Shown one piece after another: positions 8,983 through 16,517 of a DNA stretch of 20,261 bases (positions are counted from its first letter, which is position 1; each line of letters begins with the position of its first letter). The stretch comes from Fidelibacterota bacterium. GTDB lineage: Bacteria > Fidelibacterota > Fidelibacteria > Fidelibacterales > Fidelibacteraceae. The translations under genes and the position numbers were made by a program. The stretch covers positions 1,280 to 21,540 of the forward strand of contig JAYEOX010000036.1 of NCBI GenBank assembly GCA_034723415.1. Direction: 5' to 3'. Below the pieces are notes generated by a model. The model searched no databases. It was given only the letters and a program-made list of their open reading frames with translations, and had not been told where the DNA came from.

Positions 8983-9648
8983 TAATTTTCCTCCATTAAA
9001 ATCTTGATCATTCTCTTCTATTCTATTAATTATTTCATTTACTTGTTCTTCAATTGTCAAATTTGTTGTATCTATTACTATACTATCTTCTGCTTTTTTT
9101 AAAGGCGAATATTCTCTAGTTGAATCAAATTTATCTCTCGCTTCCAATTGCTCTTTTATTTCATCTAAATTATTATTTTCTTTATCTGTTAAATCTTTTA
9201 TCCTTCTCTTTGCTCTTTCTTCTAAATCTGCTTCAATAAAAAATTTATAGTCCGCTTGTGGAAAAACTACAGTTCCGATATCTCTCCCATCAATTACTGC
9301 ATCTTTTTCACTAGCAATTTCTCTTTGTAATTTTACCATCTCTTTTCTTACTTCAGAAAGGGCACTTACTTCGCTTACCTGCTGAGTAACATCATTTTCT
9401 CTTATTCGTTTTGACACATCTTCTTTATTCAATAATATCTTTCCATTCGAAAATTCCAAATTAATGTCTTTAGCTTCGGCAACAATTTTTTTAATATCAT
9501 TAATAGGAATATTTTTCTGAATAGCATCAAGTGTCAATGCTCTATACATTGCTCCTGTATCTAAATAAACAAATCCCATTTTTTCTGCTACTATTTTTGC
9601 GGTAGTACTTTTTCCCGATCCCGCAGGACCATCAATTGCTATTATCAA
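6889..9648 (-). CDS. cmk: Cytidylate kinase fused in frame to 30S ribosomal protein S1
   Basis: aa 1-~215 are Cmk (IAIDGPAGSGKST, YLDTGAMYR, DGRDIGTVVFP, IDTT). No stop before the S1 repeats. TTG start with AAGGAG RBS. Confidence 0.92.
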   Translation of the reverse strand: MIIAIDGPAGSGKSTTAKIVAEKMGFVYLDTGAMYRALTLDAIQKNIPINDIKKIVAEAKDINLEFSNGKILLNKEDVSKRIRENDVTQQVSEVSALSEVRKEMVKLQREIASEKDAVIDGRDIGTVVFPQADYKFFIEADLEERAKRRIKDLTDKENNNLDEIKEQLEARDKFDSTREYSPLKKAEDSIVIDTTNLTIEEQVNEIINRIEENDQDFNGGKLMVEELNENVEQNPQEIPVSEAEKINTGDVYDNLKTLERDELEEKLPEEDEEVINIYSRTLKKFDNDDVVNGHVIRIGEKDVYVDIGFKSEGIISIDEFRKNIPEPGDEIVVFVEKLEDEDGQLILSKRKADFLKAWDDLKDKYENDEIIEGEIKKRIKGGMIVDVFGVDTFLPGSQIDVNPVVDFDSYVGKTMDFKIVNINEARKNIVISHKEILVDSLKEVREELLSQIQVDQVIKGKVKNITDFGAFIDLGGVDGLLHITDMSWGRVNHPSEVCNIGDVIEVKVIDYDTEKQRVSLGLKQLTSHPWENIEEKYPVGSEVEGKVVSITNYGVFIELEEGIEGLVHISEMSWTQQIKHPSELFSMGDMIKAKVLSINPEERKISFGVKQLTPNPWESIEEIFSEGMIVKGIVRNLTHYGAFVELKNGIDGLLHISDMAWMKRIKHPKEMFANGDEIEVKILHIDVENKKISLGYKQLKENPWNEIIAKYKKGSIVKAKVIKILEKGIILDLPEPMVEAIVPLYSIPHSKKRKLTKNIKIGEELELRVVELNQDDNKIVLSRDDLNLSEEERDVAKIVGKQESATQKIEISNDVKSKIKDEKSKPKEVDNKTKKKVDKEEKSNKDEASEKTSKEETSKEKPSEKKIDKKKTTKKKTDEKKITKKTTTTKEKKTKVDSSKKSSKKDVDSSTKKDEKEEK

Positions 9649-9726
9649 ACATTTCTCCTTTTTTCATAAAGCTAATTAATATATATAATTATTTGTTTAT
9701 TAACAAACAATTTATCAATTATCTAA

Positions 9727-10512
9727 CTATTTATTTTCTCCATTCTTAAATAATTTATATAAATAATAATATCCCTTTAGATCAATTGCTTCTGCTCTTA
9801 ATTTCCAATCAAATTTATCTTTAAGATCTTTACTGTAAAAAACACCTAAACTATTTTTTAATTGCTTTCTTCTCTGATTGAATGCAGTTCGAATGATCTT
9901 ATGAAAAAATTCTAAATTATCTATTTCATATTTTAAATTTTTATGAAATTTCATTTCGATTACCGCCGATTCTACCTTTGGAATTGGTCTAAATACTTGA
10001 TTTGGTATTTTAAATAGTATTTTAGCATCACAATAAAGTTGACTATAAACAGATAATATTCCATATTTCTTTGACTTTGGTGCAGATACTAATCTCTCGG
10101 CAAATTCCTTCTGAATTGTTATTATTGCTGAATTTATCTTGTCATGATGTTGGAACATCTTAATAATTATTTGACTGGAAATATTGTAGGGTAAATTTCC
10201 AACTATTTTATCAATCGGCAAAAATTCATTCCAATCAATTTTTAAAATATTCCCTTCCACAACTTTAATATTTTTGCTATTTGAATATTTATCACTCAAT
10301 AATTTTGCTAAATTACTATCTAATTCAACTAAAATTAATTTGCCTCCCGATTGTAATAAATAATCAGTTAATGCTCCTTGTCCCGGTCCCACTTCAACAA
10401 TTTTTTCATTATCTTTCGGATCAATATGTTTTATGATCTTTAAGATCATATTTTTATCAATAAGAAAATTTTGTCCAAGTGATTTTTTTGCTATATAATA
10501 TTTTTTTTTCAA
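9727..10512 (-). CDS. rsmA: 16S rRNA A1518/A1519 dimethyltransferase RsmA (KsgA)
   Basis: KKSLGQNFL, VEVGPGQGALT, VGNLPYNISS, QKEFAERL, FRPIPKVES, AFNQRRKQL. TTG start. Confidence 0.96.
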   Translation of the reverse strand: MKKKYYIAKKSLGQNFLIDKNMILKIIKHIDPKDNEKIVEVGPGQGALTDYLLQSGGKLILVELDSNLAKLLSDKYSNSKNIKVVEGNILKIDWNEFLPIDKIVGNLPYNISSQIIIKMFQHHDKINSAIITIQKEFAERLVSAPKSKKYGILSVYSQLYCDAKILFKIPNQVFRPIPKVESAVIEMKFHKNLKYEIDNLEFFHKIIRTAFNQRRKQLKNSLGVFYSKDLKDKFDWKLRAEAIDLKGYYYLYKLFKNGENK

Positions 10513-10628
10513 TGTTGCATTCCTTTTCGTAAATCAGAATTTCCAAAGTTTATATTTATTTAATTTGTAATTATTGAATTTACTTGATTTTGAATACAGA
10601 ATCTTCGGGAGTTTTAAACAAACAAGTA

Positions 10629-10762
10629 TCCAATTTCAAATCTTATTAGCGAATTAGCGGCAATTCCAATTTCAAATTTCAAATATCCGATTGATAATTT
10701 TTCTTCGTGTTTTCTTTTGCTTGCTTTGTAGCGAAGCTTATCAGGGTGTTCCTTGTGATTAA
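10629..10762. repeat. Composite intergenic micro-repeat tract
   Basis: TCCAATTTCAAAT twice (10629, 10665) flanking ATTAGCGA-ATTAGCGGC; heptamer AATTTCA run; reverse-strand CACGAA/CACAAG tract interrupted by an AGC-GAA-GCT hairpin. Confidence 0.6.
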
Positions 10763-10772
10763 AATTTCTTCC

Positions 10773-11525
10773 TTAAATCTTAAATAATTTTTTAGCATTT
10801 TCTGTTGTTATGTTTTCAACTTTTTCAAGCTCTATTCCAAATATTTCTGCATATTTTTTTGCAACTTCAACGACAAAACTCGGTTCACAAGTTTTTCCTC
10901 TGAATGGAACCGGTGCCATAAATGGTGAATCCGTCTCAACCATTAATTTATTAATTGGTAAGTTAGATGCAACCTTGACGGCTTTTTTACTAAAAGTAAT
11001 AACCCCTGTAAATGAGATCAACATTCCTTTTTGCAAAATTTTCTTTGCGAATTCTACATCACCGGAGAAACAATGCATCTGCCCATTATAATAATCAACT
11101 TTTTCCATTATTTCCAAAACATCATCATCCGCATCTCTGTTGTGAATTATTATCGGTAAATTTAACGATTTTGCTAACTCTAATTGTCTTTGAAATTTTC
11201 GTTTTTGTATCTCTTTTTCTGCATAATTTCTGTAATAATCTAAACCAATTTCACCAATAGCGACTACTTTTTTATTTTTAGAGAATTCTTCTAAAATTTT
11301 TAAATAATTGTTATTGGCTTTTTCGCTATCATGTGGATGAATACCAACTGCCGAAAAAATTCCATCATACTTTTCTGACAGAATTAACGATTTTTCAGAA
11401 GACTGTATATCAACAGATGGAACAATTATTTTTTCTACACCATTTAAAACTGCTCTTTCAATAAATGGCTCAACATCATTAAAAAATGGATCAAAATTCA
11501 AATGTGCATGTGTATCTATAAACAT
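10773..11525 (-). CDS. tatD: TatD family metal-dependent nuclease
   Basis: IDTHAH, AVGIHPH, AIGEIGLDYY, IIHNRDA, MHCFSG, VETDSPF. Confidence 0.95.
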   Translation of the reverse strand: MFIDTHAHLNFDPFFNDVEPFIERAVLNGVEKIIVPSVDIQSSEKSLILSEKYDGIFSAVGIHPHDSEKANNNYLKILEEFSKNKKVVAIGEIGLDYYRNYAEKEIQKRKFQRQLELAKSLNLPIIIHNRDADDDVLEIMEKVDYYNGQMHCFSGDVEFAKKILQKGMLISFTGVITFSKKAVKVASNLPINKLMVETDSPFMAPVPFRGKTCEPSFVVEVAKKYAEIFGIELEKVENITTENAKKLFKI

Positions 11526-11531
11526 AAAATC

Positions 11532-13055
11532 CTACGAAATATTTTTCATATCAAATCTTGGGAAAAGTGCCTTGATTTTACCAATTTCAGTTCCACTTTT
11601 AAGTTCTGACCATTTTAGTAATTTCTCAGCTTCATCGTCATTATTCAAAACAGTTAAAAAATCATTAATTTTCGATGGCATTACAGGATAAAGTAACCCG
11701 GCTGCAACTCTTAAGCTTGCCAAAGCCGAATATAAAATTGTCCCTGTTCTATCTAAATCTGACTTTGCAACTTTCCATGGTTCTTCCTGTTCCAAATATC
11801 TATTTATCGAGCTAACGAAAGAAATTATTTTATTCAACATTTCATCAACACGAAAATTTTTTAAAAGTGCAAATACTTCTTTAATAAGTATGTCAGAATT
11901 ATTTTGAAGTGTTTTTTCACTTTCTGTTAAATTTAATTTTTCCGGAATTTTGCTATTAAAATATTTGTGAATTAATTTAAATATTCTGTTTACCATATTC
12001 CCAAGATCATTTGCCAGATCAGAATTATACACTTCATAAAATCTCTTTTTTGAAAAATCCGAATCACCAAATAACGGACCATTTTTCATTAAAAAATATT
12101 TAAAAGCATCATCTCCAACAATTTTAAAATATTCTCTTATCGTATCAAGATCTATAAAATTTCCAAGTGATTTACTCATTTTTTTGCCTTCACTCATCCA
12201 CCACCCATGTGCAAAAATCGTTTTTGGCAATTCAATTCCTGCAGCCATTAACATTGTAGGCCAATAAACACAATGTGTTGTAAGAATATCTTTTCCAATT
12301 AGATGAATAGCAGGCCAATACTTTTGAAAATTTTTATCATCTATTGAATATTTTATTGCGCTTATATAATTTAATAAAGCATCAAACCAAACATAAGTAA
12401 CATAATCTTTATCAAATGGTAATTCAATTCCCCAAGAAAGTCGTGATTTGGGACGAGAAATACATAAATCTCTTAAAGGTTGTTTTAAGAATCCAAGTAC
12501 TTCGTTACGACGATTTTTCGGCTGAATAAATTCGGGATTTTCTTCTATATGTTTAATAAGTCTCTCTTGATATTTACTCATTTTGAAATAATAATTTACT
12601 TCACTTATCTTTTTTACTTCACGATATTTTCCTTCTTCATATTCCTTCTGAGTGATAAATAATTCTTCTGCAACACTATACCATCCTTCATATTTATCTT
12701 TATAAATTTCTCCTTTTTCGAATAGATCCATTAGTATCTTTTTAACCACCTTTTCATGTCGCTTTTCTGTCGTACAAATAAAATCATCATTTCTTAGATC
12801 TATTTCTTTCCATATTGCACGGAATTGTTCTGAATATTTATCACAATGTTCCTGTGGAGAAATATTATTCTTTTCTGCTGCTTGTTGAACTTTTTGACCG
12901 TGTTCATCAGTACCGGTTAGAAAATATACATCATCATTTTTCATCCTATGATAACTTGCTAACACATCTGCGAGAACAGTTGTATAGATGCTTCCAATAT
13001 GCGGTTCGGCATTTACATAATATAATGGAGTTGTAACATAAAATTTGTTTTTCAT
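11532..13055 (-). CDS. metG: Methionine--tRNA ligase (short form, no C-terminal tRNA-binding domain)
   Basis: YVTTPLYYVNAEPHIGS, TGTDEHGQK, YVWFDALLNY, IGKDI, HGWW, KMSKS, LANDLGN. Confidence 0.97.
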   Translation of the reverse strand: MKNKFYVTTPLYYVNAEPHIGSIYTTVLADVLASYHRMKNDDVYFLTGTDEHGQKVQQAAEKNNISPQEHCDKYSEQFRAIWKEIDLRNDDFICTTEKRHEKVVKKILMDLFEKGEIYKDKYEGWYSVAEELFITQKEYEEGKYREVKKISEVNYYFKMSKYQERLIKHIEENPEFIQPKNRRNEVLGFLKQPLRDLCISRPKSRLSWGIELPFDKDYVTYVWFDALLNYISAIKYSIDDKNFQKYWPAIHLIGKDILTTHCVYWPTMLMAAGIELPKTIFAHGWWMSEGKKMSKSLGNFIDLDTIREYFKIVGDDAFKYFLMKNGPLFGDSDFSKKRFYEVYNSDLANDLGNMVNRIFKLIHKYFNSKIPEKLNLTESEKTLQNNSDILIKEVFALLKNFRVDEMLNKIISFVSSINRYLEQEEPWKVAKSDLDRTGTILYSALASLRVAAGLLYPVMPSKINDFLTVLNNDDEAEKLLKWSELKSGTEIGKIKALFPRFDMKNIS

Positions 13056-13073
13056 TTTGAAATTATCACCTGT

Positions 13074-13721
13074 TTATTTTTCTTCTAATAATTTAATAAT
13101 TTTTTCTGCAATTTCTTTAATTTTCCCTTCACCGGAGACTTTCAATAGCAAATTATCCTTTTGAAAATATTCAATTAACGGTTCTGTTTTTTTCTTATAT
13201 ACTTTCAATCGATTAACAATAGTTTTCTTTTTATCATCACTGCGTTGGTATAATTCGCCACCACATTTTGAACATTTTTCACCTTTTGGCAATCCATTTG
13301 GAAAACTATAAATCGCTCCACACTCTTTACAAGTCCATCTACTCGTTAGACGTTTTATTAATTCATCTTCTGTAACATCGACTAAAATGGCAGCAGTTAA
13401 AGGTGCATTTTTTTTCTCTAACATTTTCATCAGCGCTTTTGCTTGAGGTTTCGTACGTGGGAATCCATCTAAAATATATCCTTTATTTTCATTTTCAAAC
13501 TTATCTATATATATTTCCAAAATATCTATCATTACAGAATCGGGGACCAATTCTCCTTTATCCATAAATTGTTTTGCTTTTAATCCAACTGAACTCTGTT
13601 TTTTAATTTCATTTCTAAGCAGATCGCCTGTTGATAATTTTTTTAATTCCATCTTTTCTTTGATAATATCCGATTGTGTTCCTTTTCCTGAACCCGGAGG
13701 TCCCAATATAATTAATCTCAT
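13074..13721 (-). CDS. adk: Adenylate kinase with zinc LID
   Basis: GPPGSGKGTQ, STGDLLR, GELVPD, LDGFPRT, LID CKEC...CSKC, QRSDD. Confidence 0.97.
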   Translation of the reverse strand: MRLIILGPPGSGKGTQSDIIKEKMELKKLSTGDLLRNEIKKQSSVGLKAKQFMDKGELVPDSVMIDILEIYIDKFENENKGYILDGFPRTKPQAKALMKMLEKKNAPLTAAILVDVTEDELIKRLTSRWTCKECGAIYSFPNGLPKGEKCSKCGGELYQRSDDKKKTIVNRLKVYKKKTEPLIEYFQKDNLLLKVSGEGKIKEIAEKIIKLLEEK

Positions 13722-13762
13722 ATTTCCTTTCCTTTTTTTATAAATCCATTAATTTCAATATA

Positions 13763-13792
13763 ATTATATAATATACTATTTTTAAAATACAA
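13763..13792 (-). promoter_or_regulatory. Candidate sigma70 promoter for the adk-metG run
   Basis: TTGTAT-18 nt-TATAAT on the minus strand, about 40 nt upstream of adk. The AT-rich context weakens this call. Confidence 0.35.
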
Positions 13793-13817
13793 TATCTAAC
13801 AAAAATTAATGACAAGA

Positions 13818-13847
13818 ATAACACAAAAAAATTATTTTCTGTGTTAT
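13818..13847. promoter_or_regulatory. Inverted repeat between divergent promoters (operator candidate)
   Basis: ATAACACA-aaaaaattattttc-TGTGTTAT. Confidence 0.4.
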
Positions 13848-13891
13848 AATTGCTATTTCTTTCCTATAGACAAATAAATCTAAAAATAAAT

Positions 13892-13920
13892 TTGGAATTT
13901 TTTAAATTAAATTATATATT
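13892..13920 (+). promoter_or_regulatory. Candidate sigma70 promoter for tRNA-Met
   Basis: TTGGAA-17 nt-TATATT, ending 23 nt before the tRNA. Confidence 0.5.
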
Positions 13921-13943
13921 TTGCAGTTATTTGATGATTTAAT

Positions 13944-14017
13944 GGCGAAGTAGCTCAGTCGGTTAGAGCATCGGAATCATAATCCGAGTGTCCGGGGTTC
14001 GAATCCCTGCTTCGCTA
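13944..14017 (+). tRNA. tRNA-Met (CAT), probably elongator; CCA not encoded
   Basis: Acceptor GGCGAAG/CTTCGCT, D arm GCTC...GAGC, anticodon stem TCGGA/TCCGA with loop ATCATAA, T arm with GTTCGAA. Lacks the initiator C1:A72 mismatch and three G-C pairs. Followed by CAA. Confidence 0.93.
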
Positions 14018-14025
14018 CAATCAAA

Positions 14026-14060
14026 ACGGAGAACGGAGAATGGAAACCGGAACCCGGCGA
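14026..14060 (+). repeat. Degenerate heptamer tandem repeat (ACGGAGA consensus, 5 units)
   Basis: acggaga acggaga atggaaa ccggaac ccggcga. Confidence 0.65.
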
Positions 14061-14164
14061 GTTAAAACTGAAAAGCATCAAACAAATTTATATTGGCGAA
14101 AGCCCGTATTGTCCGATTCATTCATATTCTATCTTTCAAAAATTAAACATTATCTCAAATAATT

Positions 14165-15673
14165 ATGATAACAAATTGGTACACATTAGAAAAATTATCT
14201 ATTTACTTAAATGAAAAACTTGCAGGCGAAGTTATTTCAGATGCAATTACATTTAATAAAAATGAACTAATATTGCTTAATATTAATTACGATAATCCAT
14301 CAATAAAAATTAATTTATTTAACCCATTTCAATTCATTTTGCTTGAAAAATTCTCTAAACCAAAAAAATTTGTAAAAATATTTCCCAATCTTAATAATGA
14401 TATTATCACTTCGATAAAAATAGATAAAAAAGATAGAAATATTTGGTTCAATCTTAAAAATGGATCTGCAATAATAGTGATCTTTCGTTCTAATTCAGGA
14501 AATATTATACACATAAATAATTCAGATAAAATTGCTTTTAAAAAATCAAAAAATCAAAAAATGAATAAAATTGATTATTGTGAAACCGATCCCCTATTTA
14601 CAAATGTCATGGATAACTTTAGATTTAATAATTTTTGGAAGAAGAATTATCAGAAATTTTTTAATTTAAAAACAAATAATTACAATGAATTGATAGAAAT
14701 AATTAATAATTCAAATGGAAACATTGTTAATAACCGTTTTGTTTTAAATACAAATCCCGAATCACAAAATTTTAATACAAAAATATTTTATACAAATTAT
14801 AAAAATTTTATAATCAAGCAACTTGTCAGTAATAATTTCGATAAAGAATATTCGGATATAAAAATCAAATTACTTAACCAATTACAGAATAACCAAAAAT
14901 CAATTAAACATTTAAGTAATCCTGATAAACTTGATAAACGTATTGAAAAATTTAGATTTTTTGGAGACACATTATCTATTTTTCAAACAAAAATAAATGA
15001 ATCTAATACAGAATTTGAAATTCCAAACCAATACCAGAAAACTCAATTTATAAACATAATAAAGTTACAACCAAAATTAAATATTCATCAAAATATCAAA
15101 TATTATTATGACAAAGCAAAAAAATTAGAAAATAGAAAACTAGAGAGTATTAAGGAAAATTCTAAATTAAAAAATGAATATAAAAGAAATTTAAAATTTT
15201 ATAAAACATTTGAAAAAATTAAAGATTATAAAGAATTAAAGTTATGGAAAAAAAATAATAAAATTCTGTTACAAAAAATCCAAAAAACAAAAAATAAATC
15301 AAGAGATGGTAAACGAGTACCTTATAAGGAATTTATTACAAAAACCGGTTGGAAAATCTGGGTTGGAAAATCGGCCAGAGATAATGATAAAATGACATTT
15401 GAATTGGCAAACAAAAATGATTTGTGGCTTCATTCTCAGCATACAACCGGATCGCATGTAATTATTCGTAAAGAAGGGAAAAAAGAAATCCCGATGAATA
15501 TTATTGAATATGCTTCAAAATTAGCAGCTCGTTATAGTGAAGCAAAACATTCAAAGTTGGTTCCGGTTGCTTACACAATTAAAAAATATGTTACAAAAAG
15601 GAAGGGATTTCTCGCCGGAAAAGTTACATACCAATTCGAAAAAAGTATTTTAGTTAATCCGCTTGAATTGTGA
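14165..15673 (+). CDS. NFACT family (RqcH/FbpA-like) protein
   Basis: N-terminal ..DR.. strand, central coiled coil (NIKYYYDKAKKL), C-terminal NFACT-R domain (IWVGKSARDNDKMT, DLWLH..TGSHVII, AARYS). Confidence 0.85.
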   Translation: MITNWYTLEKLSIYLNEKLAGEVISDAITFNKNELILLNINYDNPSIKINLFNPFQFILLEKFSKPKKFVKIFPNLNNDIITSIKIDKKDRNIWFNLKNGSAIIVIFRSNSGNIIHINNSDKIAFKKSKNQKMNKIDYCETDPLFTNVMDNFRFNNFWKKNYQKFFNLKTNNYNELIEIINNSNGNIVNNRFVLNTNPESQNFNTKIFYTNYKNFIIKQLVSNNFDKEYSDIKIKLLNQLQNNQKSIKHLSNPDKLDKRIEKFRFFGDTLSIFQTKINESNTEFEIPNQYQKTQFINIIKLQPKLNIHQNIKYYYDKAKKLENRKLESIKENSKLKNEYKRNLKFYKTFEKIKDYKELKLWKKNNKILLQKIQKTKNKSRDGKRVPYKEFITKTGWKIWVGKSARDNDKMTFELANKNDLWLHSQHTTGSHVIIRKEGKKEIPMNIIEYASKLAARYSEAKHSKLVPVAYTIKKYVTKRKGFLAGKVTYQFEKSILVNPLEL

Positions 15674-15884
15674 AAAATGCAACATAATGCACTAATACTT
15701 TACACCAAATAACTCTAATTACTCAAATTATTTGTATATATTTTATTCATATCATAATTATTTAAAAAACCAATTAATTTAAACTATATATAAGAAAAAT
15801 TTAGCATGGATTATCTATTTAGCAAAAAAGTTCTTCTTTCTTAGTAATGGAATATTATTCGTTATTATTTTTTTCTATTTACAG

Positions 15885-16517
15885 TTATTTAATAGGGATC
15901 TCATTACCTAAATATTTTGGATCTTTGCTTATACTTAAGTCGATAAATACTTTTATTCTTGCAAATACTTCTCTTGTTCTTGTTCGTAAACTTTTCTTAT
16001 TTGAAATATCAGCAGCATTGAATCCAATTGCTTGTATATCATTTTTTCTGGCAATATAAACTGCCCTTGCATTATGAAATTTTTGTGAAATAATTGTAAA
16101 TTTTTTCTGACCAAAAATAATATTACATCTCAAAACAGAATCCCAAGTTCTAAATCCTGCATAATCGAGATAAATAACTTCTTCAGGAACTCCATATTTG
16201 ATCAATTCATCTCTCATAACTACCGGTTCATTATAATATTTTTCGCTATTGTCACCGCTTAAAATAATATATTTGATTTTCCCATATTCATATAACTTCG
16301 TCGCAGCAATTATTCTATTTTTAAAATATGGATTTTTATCCCCTGTCATAAAATATTTACTTGTTCCGAGAACTAATCCAACTCTATTTTTTGGTACTAT
16401 ATTAATATCATCATATAAATACGGCTTTGATCCAAAAAATATTATTAAATTAACTGCTGTTATTATAATGATCAATAATACAAAAATGATTACTAATATT
16501 TTTCTGAACTTTTTCAT
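15885..16517 (-). CDS. sanA: SanA/YdcF (DUF218) family protein
   Basis: GLVLGTSK, NPYFKNRI, LSGDN...YNEP..M, LDYAGFRTWDS, ISQKFHNARA, REVFAR. ATG at 16517 (MKKFRK plus TM) is preferred over GTG at 16544. Confidence 0.88.
   Translation of the reverse strand: MKKFRKILVIIFVLLIIIITAVNLIIFFGSKPYLYDDINIVPKNRVGLVLGTSKYFMTGDKNPYFKNRIIAATKLYEYGKIKYIILSGDNSEKYYNEPVVMRDELIKYGVPEEVIYLDYAGFRTWDSVLRCNIIFGQKKFTIISQKFHNARAVYIARKNDIQAIGFNAADISNKKSLRTRTREVFARIKVFIDLSISKDPKYLGNEIPIK

Noticed and set aside
13944..14017. Initiator tRNA-fMet or tRNA-Ile2
   Set aside because: Position 1-72 is G-U rather than C:A and the anticodon stem lacks GGG/CCC. The GGCG acceptor start resembles elongator Met more than Ile2, though Ile2 is not strictly excluded without a covariance model.
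15680..15730. Weak periodic ACTCTAATT/ACTCAAATT tract after NFACT (similar to 2621-2649)
   Set aside because: Only two imperfect units in very AT-rich DNA. It may belong to the repeat system but cannot be told from chance by eye.
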